A stretch of DNA of 62,562 nucleotides, the filler included, from Sandaracinaceae bacterium (GTDB lineage: Bacteria > Myxococcota_A > Polyangia > Polyangiales > JADJQN01): assembly GCA_947483975.1 (NCBI GenBank). It is 10 parts of 10 records of this genome, joined end to end, with 100 filler letters (N's around TTAATTAATTAA, not from the genome) between each part and the next. Parts side by side here need not be neighbours in the genome. Positions count along the whole stretch, not along the records: positions 1 to 6,261 come from CANKOL010000305.1; positions 6,362 to 12,571 come from CANKOL010000306.1; 8 more parts are not named here. One strand, 5' to 3'. Positions 1 to 10,700 of this stretch are shown piece by piece; the stretch's first letter is position 1; each line of letters starts with the position of its first letter. The notes under the pieces are model-generated. The model saw only the letters and a list, made by a program, of their open reading frames with translations, had not been told where the DNA came from and did no database searches. The position numbers and the translations under genes were made by a program.

Positions 1-1329
1 CACAGCTGCCTCATCGCGGCGCCCTGCGGTGAACGCGATGCGAGCGTCGGCGACGAGCCCCGCGGCGACGCGCTCGCTCGCTGCCGCGCGCAGATTGGCC
101 ACGTCCGCGGCGAGCGGGCTGGTCGGCGGGACGGACGCGAGCTGCGCGAGGGCCGTCCGACCGTCGCCTGCCTCGTACGCCGCCCGCGCCGCAGTCAGCT
201 GCTGGTCGTGCGCCCGGGCTTCCTGGATGCGCTGCACGTAGGTAGCGGCGCGCGCGTCGCTCGGCTGCGCGGCGAGGATCGTCCGAAAGGCGACGTCGGC
301 CTCATCCCAGCGGCGCGCCGTGTAGGCCTCAGCCCCACGCGCGTACAGCGCCGGGTCGGCGGCCGGCGCGACGGGAGCGTCTGGGCGCATGATGGCGATC
401 GCGAGGGCCGCACCCGCGCCGACGAGCACGAGCGCCCCGAAAATGCCTGCGAGGATGAGCAGTCCTCGACCTCCGCCACGCGGCGCAGGGGTCGCGACGG
501 CGGTCGGCGTCGGCGCATAGCCAGGTGGCGCCCCCGCCATCGGCGACGGCGCGCCGGGCTGCCCGTACGCGGGCGGCTGACCGAAGCCCGCCTGTCCGAA
601 GCCCGCCTGTCCGAAGCCCGCCTGTCCGAAGCTCGCCTGACCGAAGCCCGGCTGCGGCTGAGGAGCGCCGCCCTGTGAGCCCGCCGGGGGGTACCCATAG
701 GGCGCCCCCTGGCCATAGGAGGGCGGCCCCGCCGGCGGCGGTGGGGATGCGAAGCTCGGCTGTCCCGGACCGGGCGGCGAGGCGCTCTCGTCGGTGATCG
801 CGCCGTCCGCGACCGCCTGCGCGTGCCGCCCGTCGACCGCTCGGACGCGCGGCTGCGGCTTGTTGGTCGCTGGCGAGTCCTCGTCGGGCGGGATGCGCAC
901 GACGAGCACCGTCTCGCCGAGCTCGATGCGGTCGCCATCCTTGAGCGGGGCGTCGTGGACGCGCGTCCCGTTGAGCAGCGTGCCGTTGCCGCTGCCGAGG
1001 TCTCGGAGGCGCAGCTCGCCGTGCTCGTTGCGCAGCACTTTCAGGTGCTTACGCGAGACCGAGATGTCCGTGAGGATGACCTCGTTGTCGATCGAGCGGC
1101 CGATGCCGTTCTCGCCGACCGCGACGACGTACTCCTTGCCCGTGTCCTTGCCCGACTCGCACACCAGGAAGGGCATAGGCGGCCCCTCGTCGATCAGGTT
1201 CGTCGGCTGCTCCGCGAGCATCGCCCCCGGCTCGAGGCGCGTGACTTCGCCTGCGAGTTCGTCCTCCTCGAACCTCTCGAAGGCGTCCCCCGCCGCTGCG
1301 GCGCCGTGCGGCTTTCTCCCATTCGACAT
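1..1329 (-). CDS. FHA domain - Pro/Gly-rich linker - TM - TPR-like protein (3' truncated by window edge; not in ORF track)
   Basis: Manual translation from ATG 1329: MSNGRKPH...IGRSIDNEVILTDISVSRKH...DLGSGNGTLLNG (FHA G-R, S-x-x-H, N-G-T motifs), GFGQA repeats, TM LLILAGIFGALVLVGAGAALAIAI, then TPR-like helices. Frame is open to position 1. Confidence 0.85.
   Translation of the reverse strand, partial: MSNGRKPHGAAAAGDAFERFEEDELAGEVTRLEPGAMLAEQPTNLIDEGPPMPFLVCESGKDTGKEYVVAVGENGIGRSIDNEVILTDISVSRKHLKVLRNEHGELRLRDLGSGNGTLLNGTRVHDAPLKDGDRIELGETVLVVRIPPDEDSPATNKPQPRVRAVDGRHAQAVADGAITDESASPPGPGQPSFASPPPPAGPPSYGQGAPYGYPPAGSQGGAPQPQPGFGQASFGQAGFGQAGFGQAGFGQPPAYGQPGAPSPMAGAPPGYAPTPTAVATPAPRGGGRGLLILAGIFGALVLVGAGAALAIAIMRPDAPVAPAADPALYARGAEAYTARRWDEADVAFRTILAAQPSDARAATYVQRIQEARAHDQQLTAARAAYEAGDGRTALAQLASVPPTSPLAADVANLRAAASERVAAGLVADARIAFTAGRRDEAAV
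581..650. repeat. 15-bp coding tandem repeat (about 4.7 units; GFGQA)
   Basis: CCGAAGCCCGCCTGT at 581, 596, 611; variant at 626; partial at 641. Confidence 0.9.
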
Positions 1330-1461
1330 ATGCAGGCTCTTGACCGCCGAGCCTAGCGGACGCTTGGGAGCGCCACAAGGAATCTCCTGCTTTCTTCGGG
1401 CGTTGCGCGGGAGTGCCGTGCTTGATGCGGTGGAAGCACCGTGCTAGCAGGCTCGTCGCCT

Positions 1462-2613
1462 ATGTCCTTCGCTGCCCCGTCGGCTCCCGCCCTCGCTCGC
1501 TCCCCCCGGACCGCGTCCGCGCGCACGCTCGCGCTCGTCACGCTCGGGTCCGCGCTCGCTTCGCTGCTGCTCGTCGGCGGCGTGTCCGCGGGCTGCTCCG
1601 GCAGCAGCGCACATCACGATGCGGGCCCGGCGGCGGGCGGCGAGCGCGTGCACGGGCTGACGAAGCAGCAGCAGGCCGAGACGCTCGTGAAGATCGGCAC
1701 CGAGACGATCACCGTCGGCGAGTTCGCCGAGCGCCTGTCGGAGCAGTCCCCGTACCTGCGCGCGCGCTACAGCAGCCCGGAGCGCCGCCGGGAGTTCCTC
1801 GACAACATGGTCCGCTTCGAGCTGCTCGCCGCCGACGCCCACACGAAGGGCTACGACCGCAGCGACGAGGTCGAGCGCACGCGCAAGCAGATGATGATCC
1901 AGGCCATGATGAAGGCCGAGTTCGAGGATCGCGTCCAGCTCACCGACATCAGCGACGCGGACGTCCAGACGTACTTCACAGCGCACCACGACGAGTTCGA
2001 CAAGCCAGAGCAGCTGCGGGCGAGCCACATCGTCATCCGCGACCGCGCCGCGGCGCAGCGCGTGCTCACGCAGGTGCTCGCCAAGCGGGCCGACATCGCC
2101 TTCTGGCGCGAGACCGCGCAGCGCTACAACGAGGACACCGAGACGAAGGACCGCTTCGGCGATCTGCGCTTCTTCTCGCGCCCCGCCGACCGCCGCGACG
2201 ACGAGCCCGTCGTGCCCGCCGCCGTCGCCGAGGCCGCGTTCTCGATCGCGCAGATCGGGGACATCTACCCGACGCTCGTGCAGTCGCCCGCGGGCTTTCA
2301 CATCATCAAGCTGACGGGCAAGCGCGCGGCGCTCCACCGCACGCTCGAAGAGGCGAGCCGCCCGATCCGCAATCGGCTCTGGCGCGAACGCCGCGAGCAG
2401 CGCGTGACCGACTTCATCGCGACCCTGCGGCGCGACGCGAACGTCACCGTCAACGAGAGCGCGCTCGCCGCGCTGCACCTCGACATCCCCGCGGGCGAGT
2501 CGCCCGAGATCGCAGGACAGGGCGCGCCGGTCGTGCCGCCGCATCCGGGCGCGCCGGTGCCCGCAGCGCCGCCGAGCGCGCCGTCGAACGCCCACCCGAC
2601 GCGGAGCCCTTGA
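1462..2613 (+). CDS. PpiC/parvulin-type peptidyl-prolyl isomerase lipoprotein
   Basis: Lipobox SAGC; parvulin motifs RASHIV, GDLRFF and SPAGFHIIKL; helical chaperone N-domain. Confidence 0.85.
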   Translation: MSFAAPSAPALARSPRTASARTLALVTLGSALASLLLVGGVSAGCSGSSAHHDAGPAAGGERVHGLTKQQQAETLVKIGTETITVGEFAERLSEQSPYLRARYSSPERRREFLDNMVRFELLAADAHTKGYDRSDEVERTRKQMMIQAMMKAEFEDRVQLTDISDADVQTYFTAHHDEFDKPEQLRASHIVIRDRAAAQRVLTQVLAKRADIAFWRETAQRYNEDTETKDRFGDLRFFSRPADRRDDEPVVPAAVAEAAFSIAQIGDIYPTLVQSPAGFHIIKLTGKRAALHRTLEEASRPIRNRLWRERREQRVTDFIATLRRDANVTVNESALAALHLDIPAGESPEIAGQGAPVVPPHPGAPVPAAPPSAPSNAHPTRSP

Positions 2614-2614
2614 G

Positions 2615-3586
2615 GTGAGCGCGAGGCTCTCCCGCAGCGTCCGCTGGCTCGCCGTCTGCGTCCTCGCCGGCGCTGTGCTCGGCGCGCGCGCACCTCGAGC
2701 GCACGCAGACATCATCGAGCGAGTCATCGCCGTCGTCGACGACGAGGCGATCTTCCTCTCCGAGCTTCGGCGCCGGGCCGTGCCCTTCCTCGCGCAGGTC
2801 GAGCGCGTGCCGCCGCTTCAGCGCGAGGCGGCGACCGCTCAGCTCTACACGGAGCTGCTCGACCACATGGTCGACGAGGCGCTCTTTCTCCAGGCGGCGC
2901 GCAAAGAGCAGGTCCACGTCACGGCGGACGACGTCGACCGCGCGATCCGCAACGTGCAGCACCAGAGCGAGCTCTCCGAGCGCGACTTCTGGCAGGCGGT
3001 CGCGGGGCAAGGCTTCACCGAGGCGCAGTACCGCGACGACGTGCGGCGGCAGCTGATTCGCCTGAAGCTGCTCAACGTGCGGGCGCGCGGGCGCGTCAAC
3101 ATCACCGAGCCGGACGTGCGCGCGCGCTACGATCAGCTCCTCCGCGAGGCGAACGCGCAGCAGGGCTTCGAGGCGGCCGAGATCTTGGTCCCGGTGCCGC
3201 CGGGGGCGTCGGCGACGCAGGTCGCCGCGGCGCTCGCGACGGCGACGGGCATCGCGAGCGGGCTCGACGAGGACACGTTCGAGGACGCGATGGTCGAGCA
3301 CGACGGCACGGACCTCGGGCGCCTCGTGCAGGGGCAGCTGGATCCGCGCCTCGAGCGCGTGCTGCTCGCGATGCGGCCCGGCGAGGTCTCGGCGCCCGTG
3401 CAGAACGAGGCGGGCTTCCACATTCTCTTTCTTCGCTCGCGTGTGTCCGGCGCGCAGCAGGTCCCGCCCTACGAGCAGGCGCGCGAGACGATCTTCCGCC
3501 GCATGACCGAAGAGGCGATGGGCCGCCAAGAGCAGATCTACCTGCGCGAGCTGCGCCGCAACGCGAGCATCACTCGCCGGATGTAG
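2615..3586 (+). CDS. SurA-like chaperone (SurA N-terminal domain plus degenerate PPIase domain)
   Basis: Signal peptide; IERVIAVVDDEAIFLSEL SurA N-terminal motif; GEVSAPVQNEAGFHIL. Confidence 0.8.
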   Translation: MSARLSRSVRWLAVCVLAGAVLGARAPRAHADIIERVIAVVDDEAIFLSELRRRAVPFLAQVERVPPLQREAATAQLYTELLDHMVDEALFLQAARKEQVHVTADDVDRAIRNVQHQSELSERDFWQAVAGQGFTEAQYRDDVRRQLIRLKLLNVRARGRVNITEPDVRARYDQLLREANAQQGFEAAEILVPVPPGASATQVAAALATATGIASGLDEDTFEDAMVEHDGTDLGRLVQGQLDPRLERVLLAMRPGEVSAPVQNEAGFHILFLRSRVSGAQQVPPYEQARETIFRRMTEEAMGRQEQIYLRELRRNASITRRM

Positions 3587-3656
3587 GCGCTCGCGCGGCG
3601 TACGCGGCCCCGGCGCGCTGAGCAGGCGCGCGGCGAAGGCGCAGCGCCCGCCGAGC

Positions 3657-4463
3657 TCAAGACATCGCGACGCCGACGAGCTGCTGCAGCACGACGGCGA
3701 AGGCGTGCACGCTGCGCGTGTCCTCGAGCCGCACGCGGAAGATGCCCATCGCCGCATCACCCGCGGCGCCGCTGCGGATCTCGAGCATCCCGCGCGTCAC
3801 GCGCACGGACCGGATCTCGGTCGCGTCGAGCCGCGCGCGCGTTCCGCCGGCCTCGAGCTCGAGAAAACCTGGCCCGAGCCAGATGACCTCGCGCGGTCCG
3901 AGCGCGAACCGAACCCGCCCATGCGCCTGCAGATCCGCGTCGTAGCGGGCGACGACGTGCTCGCTGTACGCGCGCTCGGCGGCGTCCCCGAAGCTCGCCT
4001 CGGCGCTCGGCACCGTGCCGCTCGGTCCCACGAAGCTCGCGGGCGCGTCGATCAGCAGCAGCTCGCTGCCGGCCGCGTCGTGCAAGGAGTAGCGCGCGCG
4101 GCCGACGCCGCTGACGCGGCCTATCGGGCGAGGTTCGCGCGTGATGCGGAGCTCTGCGACGTCCGCGAAGCGCACCTCCTCGTCGACGATTCGGCTGCCG
4201 CGCAGCGAGTGCCGCGAGAGGCCCTCGCTGCCGACGTAGGTGCAGACGTGCCGCGCGGCCGGGAGCCACAGGGACGCGACGCGCACGAGGGTGCCGGGAG
4301 ACTCGCCGCGCAGCGTGGTGCCGCGCGAACGAAGCACGCCGACGGCGGCCGCGGGCGGCGCGAAGTAGACATCCGTCGCGTCGACCGGCGTCCCGTCGTG
4401 GTGGGGCGCGTCGAGGGCGCCGCTCACCTCCGGCACGCTCGTCTCGCTCGTGGCCACCGACAT
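3657..4463 (-). CDS. hypothetical protein
   Basis: Open frame with genome-typical GC3-rich codons; ATG at 4463 (MSVATSE). Confidence 0.6.
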   Translation of the reverse strand: MSVATSETSVPEVSGALDAPHHDGTPVDATDVYFAPPAAAVGVLRSRGTTLRGESPGTLVRVASLWLPAARHVCTYVGSEGLSRHSLRGSRIVDEEVRFADVAELRITREPRPIGRVSGVGRARYSLHDAAGSELLLIDAPASFVGPSGTVPSAEASFGDAAERAYSEHVVARYDADLQAHGRVRFALGPREVIWLGPGFLELEAGGTRARLDATEIRSVRVTRGMLEIRSGAAGDAAMGIFRVRLEDTRSVHAFAVVLQQLVGVAMS

Positions 4464-4558
4464 CGCGCCGGAGCGTAGCAGGAGAAGATCGACCGCGGGT
4501 CGGGCTTGGACGAGGGCGCGAGGAAGCGCGGCGACGCGCGCTCGTATACTGCGCCTCG

Positions 4559-5437
4559 ATGGCCCTCCCGCCGCCCGAGCCCGCACTCTTTCCACGGCCC
4601 GACAACAGCCCGTTCGAGCACGCCTGCGAGCGCTGCGGTACCTACGCGCCGCTCTCGTCCAAGTACGGGCCGAGCCTCTGCGCCGAGTGCATCGAGCGCA
4701 CCGCACACCCCATCGTGCAGACGTCCGCGAGCCTGGGCGAGGTGCTGACCGGAGTGTTTCAGCTGCTGCGCGTGGTGGGGCTCCCGGCGGTGCTCCTCGT
4801 GACGCTCGCGGAGCTGCCGATGTCGATCTTCGAGTTCGTCGTGCCCGACGTCCCCTTCGCGCTCTCGAACCTGTGGGGCTTCTTCGTCGGGACGGCCGCC
4901 GAGATGGTCGTGCTGCACCTCGCGTGGCAGGCCATCGCGACGCGGGAGCAGCAGGTCGCCGTCGGCGCGGCGGTCTCGGCCGTCGGGCAGCGCCTGGGCG
5001 CGCTCCTCGGCACGCGCTTCTTCTCGAACTTGCTGACGCTCCTCTACTCGCTGTTGCTCGTGGTCCCCGGCGTGATGAAGGCGCTGTCGCTCACGCTCGC
5101 GATGCCGATCGCGCTCCACGAGGGCGCCGACGCGAACGCGGCGATGGCCGCGAGCACCGCCCGCATGGAGGGGCATCGGTGGACGGCGCTGTTCGCGTAC
5201 TGCCTCGCGGGCGCGCCGTTCCTCGTGCTGCTGCTCGCGCTGCTGTGCCTCGGGACGGGGCACGACCTCGCGAACGCGGCGAGCGCGCCGGCCTCGTCGA
5301 CCGCGACGACGGCGTTCTACGACTACACGATGCTCGCGCTCGGCGTCCTGACGCCCGCGGCGCTCGTCCCGGTGACGCTCGTGCCGGCGGTGCTCTACGC
5401 GAAGCTGCGGCAGCCCCAGCGCGGCACCGCCGTCTGA
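4559..5437 (+). CDS. membrane protein with N-terminal CxxC...CxxC zinc-finger-like motif
   Basis: CERCG...LCAEC followed by about 6 hydrophobic segments. Confidence 0.7.
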   Translation: MALPPPEPALFPRPDNSPFEHACERCGTYAPLSSKYGPSLCAECIERTAHPIVQTSASLGEVLTGVFQLLRVVGLPAVLLVTLAELPMSIFEFVVPDVPFALSNLWGFFVGTAAEMVVLHLAWQAIATREQQVAVGAAVSAVGQRLGALLGTRFFSNLLTLLYSLLLVVPGVMKALSLTLAMPIALHEGADANAAMAASTARMEGHRWTALFAYCLAGAPFLVLLLALLCLGTGHDLANAASAPASSTATTAFYDYTMLALGVLTPAALVPVTLVPAVLYAKLRQPQRGTAV

Positions 5438-5447
5438 GCGCGCGCCC

Positions 5448-5888
5448 TCACCCCGTGAGGAGCGCGCGGCAGATGTCGCCGCGCGACACGGTGCCGACGA
5501 GCTTGCCCTTCTCGACGACGGGCAGCCTGCGGATCTGCTTCTGGATCATGGTCGTCGCCGCGCGCAGCACGGGGTCGTTCGGCGACATCGAGAGCGCGTT
5601 GCGGATGATCAGCGGCTCGATCGGCAGCTCGGCCTTCGCGCGACCCTTGTCGACGAAGATCTCGAACGCGCCGTGGAGCGAGCCGCCGCTCGCGACGATC
5701 TCGTCGTACTGCGGGAGCACCGCCCGGATCAGGTCACCCTCGGAGAGCACACCGACGAAGGTGCCGTCGTCCTCGACGACCATCAGGTCACTGACTTGCG
5801 TGCTCGCGACGAGGTCGGCCGCCTGATGCATCGTCGCCGTGCGGCGAATCCGCTGTGCGCTCACGTTCATGATCTCCGAAATCTGCAT
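5448..5888 (-). CDS. CBS domain pair protein
   Basis: MQISEIM...FVGVLSEGDL...IRRLPVVEKGKLVGTVSRGDI. Confidence 0.9.
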   Translation of the reverse strand: MQISEIMNVSAQRIRRTATMHQAADLVASTQVSDLMVVEDDGTFVGVLSEGDLIRAVLPQYDEIVASGGSLHGAFEIFVDKGRAKAELPIEPLIIRNALSMSPNDPVLRAATTMIQKQIRRLPVVEKGKLVGTVSRGDICRALLTG

Positions 5889-6024
5889 CGGTCGCGTCCT
5901 CCGCGGCGGAGCCTCGCACGAACGGTTTTGACGCGCACGAGCCCCCGCGGCCCGAGCGCCCGGCTCTCGCCGATGCTTCCATCCGTCAGTCGCGTGCCGC
6001 AAGGTGCGTCCCGTGCGCAGGAAG

Positions 6025-6261
6025 ATGTCAGCGAACCAGACGCAGCTCGACTTGTTCGGCGAGCGCGCCTCGGCAGCGACCGCGCCGACGTCGGCCGACA
6101 CGACTGCGGCCGACACGACTGCAGCCGACACGACTGCGGCCGACACGACTGCGGCGCCAGACGCTCAGCCGGGCGTCCGGGGCGGACTCGCGCGCGTCTT
6201 TCTCGGCTGGGATACGGCAGCGCTCGCGAGCGTCGCGGACTGGCTGCTCGCGCGCGCGAGC
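6025..6261 (+). CDS. 5' fragment, possibly AddB-like PD-(D/E)XK nuclease family protein
   Basis: RVFLGWDTAALASVADWL resembles the N-terminus of AddB-like proteins. Truncated by contig end. Confidence 0.45.
6094..6153. repeat. 15-bp coding tandem repeat x4 (ADTTA)
   Basis: GCCGACACGACTGC(G/A) at 6094, 6109, 6124, 6139. Confidence 0.9.
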
Positions 6262-6361
6262 NNNNNNNNNNNNNNNNNNNNNNNNNNNNNNNNNNNNNNN
6301 NNNNNTTAATTAATTAANNNNNNNNNNNNNNNNNNNNNNNNNNNNNNNNNNNNNNNNNNNN
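6262..6361. other. artificial contig linker
   Basis: N-run, TTAATTAATTAA (stops in all six frames), N-run; 100 nt. Confidence 0.98.
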
Positions 6362-6362
6362 C

Positions 6363-7097
6363 GGCCGCGGCATCGCCTTCCCGCCGCGCCGCATCGTCGA
6401 GGTCGCGCAGGGCTTCGGCGACAACGGCATCGTCCAGTCGATCTGCCAGGAGAGCTTCACCGGCGCGCTCGACGCGATCATCTCGAAGATCGCCGACGCG
6501 CTCGGCAACGCGCTGGGAGGTTGCCTCTCGCGCCCCATTAGGCCCAATGCATCCGGTCAGGTGTCGTGCCACGTGTTTGACGTCATACCGCCCCCGGGGA
6601 CCTTCGCGGGGCAGCCAACGGCGTGCGATGAGATCGGTGGGGTCAACGCGACGCCGAGGCGCCGGAACCCCGATGGGTCGATCGAATGCGAGGTAGTTCA
6701 ACTCGCAACGATCGGCAACATCCCCGCCGCTGGCGAGGGCTGGTACTACGACAACTTCTCGACGGAGACGGTCACCTCGTGCGGCGCCGACGGTCAGCGC
6801 ATCGCCTTCACCGCGGGCGCCATCCCGCCGAACGGCGTCGTCGTCAACCTCGAGTGCCTCGAGGTGATACTGAGCCGCGAACGCGCCGATATCGGGGTCG
6901 GCACGTACTGCGACCCGGCGGGCACCACCCCCGACTCGAACCCCTGCGCCAGCGCCACCCCGACTGCCCTCGCCTGCGAGCCGTATTCGCGCACTTGCCA
7001 GGTTCCCTGCGCCGCGACGACGGACTGCCCGTCCTCCCTTGCCTGCGACCTGTATTCCGGAGCCGGCTTCTGCCTGAACCCCGCCTGCGGCGGGTGA
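6363..7097 (+). CDS. 3' part of myxobacterial VWA-like lipoprotein with Cys-rich C-terminal extension (5' truncated)
   Basis: GRGIAFPPRRIVEVAQGFGDNGIVQSICQESFTGALDAII is near-identical to the C-terminus of 60343-61623. It continues in frame into ORF 6561-7097. Confidence 0.85.
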   Translation, partial: GRGIAFPPRRIVEVAQGFGDNGIVQSICQESFTGALDAIISKIADALGNALGGCLSRPIRPNASGQVSCHVFDVIPPPGTFAGQPTACDEIGGVNATPRRRNPDGSIECEVVQLATIGNIPAAGEGWYYDNFSTETVTSCGADGQRIAFTAGAIPPNGVVVNLECLEVILSRERADIGVGTYCDPAGTTPDSNPCASATPTALACEPYSRTCQVPCAATTDCPSSLACDLYSGAGFCLNPACGG

Positions 7098-7528
7098 TGC
7101 GGTGCGCAGCCCAGCGGAGGAAGGCGTCTGCAGCGTACCGGACTGCAGCCGAAGCAACGACTACGACGCAAGTGGGCGTCTCGCCAACCATGGTCTGTGA
7201 ACCATCTGGCTCCCGAAATGGCGACCACTTTCCTCCGGGTGCCAGCGTTCCGGCGGCGCCCGTGAGCGCTTCAGCGTCGGGGACTTCAACCCAGTGGGCG
7301 TGTGATCTCGTCTGCGGCGGCAGCGACGCAGGAGGTGCGCCACTCAGCGACGGGGCTGCCTATGACCCGCGGCTTGACGTTCGGTGTCCGCTGCCGGCGC
7401 TCAACGCATCCTCCTCGCGCATGGCTCCCTTCTCGACAGCCATCCCGAGTGGAATGGCAGTCTGGGGTGGCTATGGAGGCGCCGGTTCGCTCGGAACCGG
7501 TGCTGTACTGGATCTCGATGATCGGTAA
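7097..7528 (+). pseudogene. degenerate Kelch-repeat remnant
   Basis: VCGG...LSDGAAYDPRLD...LPALNASSSR...MAVWGGYG...GTGAVLD matches about 1.5 decayed Kelch blades; the N-terminus is unrelated. Confidence 0.5.
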
Positions 7529-7773
7529 TGAGCGGGCGGAGGGCTTCGTCCAGAGGTTAGGTCGCGACGACCGTGTCTGCCGACGTCGAGCGACATGGAT
7601 ACCAGTCGATCGCTTGGCACTGACCGGCGGAGAATGGCTCGCGCCGAGCCCCGCTCAGCCAATCTCCGAAAGTCAGTCTGAGGCGGAAGCGCCACCAAGA
7701 ACAATGATTGAGGAATTCGCGCGGTGCCTGGAGGAGTTCGCAAAGTGCAAACTAACAGCATGGAGAGATAGAC

Positions 7774-10700
7774 ATGAAGAGCGCTCCTCGAATTGAGATG
7801 ACGAAGGTCGCGAGTGAGGCTGTCGGAGCGATCGGTCTCGTGCTGCTGGGGTTCCTCATTCTGGGAGTGATCCTGCCCTGGAACGCAGGAGAGAACGTCA
7901 CCGGCCAGGGGTTGCTCATCTGGGAGCTTTTGCTGCTGGTGCCGCTGGTCGGCTATGTGGCGACGTGCGAGGCCATCCGTCGTCGAGCCCTCAGTTTGTC
8001 GACGGAGGTGGCCACGAAGTCCGCCCTAGGTTCCGTCGTGATTCTGCTAGGCGCGACGCTATTGGGCACTCTCCTGCTGCTTGCCAAGCGTCATGAGGCC
8101 GTCTCGTCGGGCCTAGGCGTGCTGTTTGCGGGGGTGCTCCCATCCTATGGGAAGATACTCACCTACAGTCTCGTGTCGGCCGCGACGATTGGGGGATGGG
8201 GGCTAGCGGTCTCTGCACTCGCTCCCCCGCGACCATTCGCAGCCGAGGCGGCCGCGCGTCATCGCCTCATCGCCGGCGCGGCGCTCGTGCCCGCCGTGCT
8301 CGCCTTTCTGTATGCCGCTGTCTCGATAATCAGCGACGAGCCAACGACGCTCGGCCTGCTGGGCAACCTCCTGCCAGGACGGCTTGGAAGGAATCTGTCA
8401 GAGCTCGTGCTCGCCAGCCAGCTACAGACAGTTGCGCTGATCGGCATCTGGGTGCTGACCGCATCGACGGGCGCCGCCGCTGTTTGCCTGGGTGGTGACC
8501 CCGTCGTCGCGCCGCACGTGGCTCGGCTCCGGAAGGCGTTCTTGTGGACCTTTGGAATCACCGTCGCTGCGCTCCTCGTGGCCTTGCTCCTCGTCGGGCT
8601 CGCGGCGCTCGACGCGCTTCACGATAGCGAACTCTCCGCCGTATTCGCAGGCCTGGCCGGCGTGGGCCTAGTGGTCCTGGGCGCCGTCGTCGTCGCCGGG
8701 GCCCCGCCCCGCCTCATGCTCGCGGTCGCCGCTGCCGAGCAGTCCTTGAGCCAAGCGGAGGTTTCTCCGCCGTCGATTCTGGTCGAATCGCGCATTGAGT
8801 CGGTCGCCGCGCCCCCAGTGCCGCCGCTCATTGCTGTGGCGCCGCCGAGCGTCGTTCCGGAGATTCCCGAGATCGAGCCGCAGCCGTTCGTCGCGCCGCC
8901 GAGCGTCGCTCCTGAGCTTCTTTCGACCGCTGCGCAGCCGCTCGTGTCAACGACTTCCCCCCGTTCGAGTGCGCTCCCGACCTCGTGGCAGCCGGTCGAA
9001 CCTTCGGTGCAGCCTGCCGAGCAGGGTGCGCGTGGAGATGCTCAGCCGTCGGGCACCACAGGCCGGTACCGGTTCACCGCCGGTGGGGCTGACGCGGTAG
9101 GCGTGATGTTCGTCAGCGGTCTGCTCGTCCTCGTGACGTGCGGCGTTGCCATGATCCTCGGCGTGCCCGCCGCGCGATTGCAGTATTGGGGCATCACGAG
9201 CACTGCGCGGGACGGCCAGCGCTTTCGCTACGAGGCGACGTTTGGTGAGTCGGTGGGGGCGGCGCTCGTTCGAACGCTGTTGTTCTTCGTGACCTGTGGG
9301 CTCGCGCTGCCGTGGACCTCCGCGATGAGCCAGCGCTTTCGCATCGAGCACACGAGCACGGCGGAGGGACACCGCATGCGCTTCACCGGTACGGGCGGTG
9401 AGGTCCTCGGCCTCTGGCTGCTAATGGTCGTCGCACTCCCCCTCTCGTTTGGCCTCGCGTGGCCGTGGCTCGCGGTGTTGCGTGAGCGCTGGGTTGCGTC
9501 GAACACCGTGGTCATCGACCCGAGCGCGCCCGGCGGGGAGTATTCACTCCGCTTTGATGCGGGCCCACTCTCGTATGTCGTGCAGGGCGGATTGTCGCTG
9601 TTGCTCACGATAGTGACGTTCGGTCTCTACTCGCCCTGGGCGCTCGCCGGGTATCACGACTTCGTCTGGTCTTCGATGAGTGACACTCTGTCGCCGCCCG
9701 TCGCGGTGCCGAGCGGACCCCGCACTCCCGCTCAGTGGGCGGTCGTCGCGGCCACCGGGTTTGGACTTGCGCTGCTCGTTGGCTCGTGTTTGTTCTTTGG
9801 AATACAATCCCACGCAGGCGGTGCCGCCATAACTCGGTCAGCCGCAGCGTCAGGTGGGAATTGCGATACACCCGGTCCCGTCGAGGCGTTTGACGCGTTT
9901 GAGCGACGCTGTCTCGCCGGTGGGTCGCCGCCATCGCGCGCCGCAGCGAGGCCTGCCGCCAGCGCCGCGCAGTCGTGCGATTCGCCGTGTGGGATCGGAG
10001 CCCGGTGCCGCGGGGGTACCTGCGTCATGCTTCCCCTCGCGGCCTCTGATGTCTCCTTCGCGGACCGTGGAGACGGCATTGGCTGGGGAGACCGCTGTGT
10101 TGGTCACATGCGAGCAGGCGCTCTTGACGACGCCGAGGCAGCTTGTGCACGAGGGCTCACGGTGGCGGCCAGCGGCGCAATACGGGGCGCGCTTTTCTAT
10201 AATCTCGGGCTGATCTCGGAACGGCAGGGGGCGCCTGCGCTCGCGAGTACCTACTATCGCAGTTCCCTCCAGGTCCGTCCTGGCAATGCCACCGTGGAGC
10301 GCGCGCTGGCCGCGCTCGGGGGCGGTGTTGTCGCTCCCACGATAGACCTCGGGGCCACGGCGATGGCCTGGTGGAGAAACGGTGACGCGTCTGCGCGTGA
10401 TCGACTCCTCGCGCGCGGGCTCACTCCCGTGCTGCTGCGCGCCAGCGCTTCGCTGAACGTGCGCGGTGGTCCGAGCGCTAACGCGGAGTACGTTCGCACT
10501 CTGCCCGAGGGCACGCTCGTGGTCGCGCTCCGCGGCGTGGTGGATGGGATTCCATCGGCACCGGGGCGCGGAAACTGGAGCTGGATCACGGCCAGCGAGA
10601 CGCTCCACGGCTGGGTCGCGAGCGGAGTGACGCGCGACTATGCGGGGTGCACGCCAGACGTCCCGGCGCTGATGGGGAACTTCCCGAGCGACCGCGGAGC

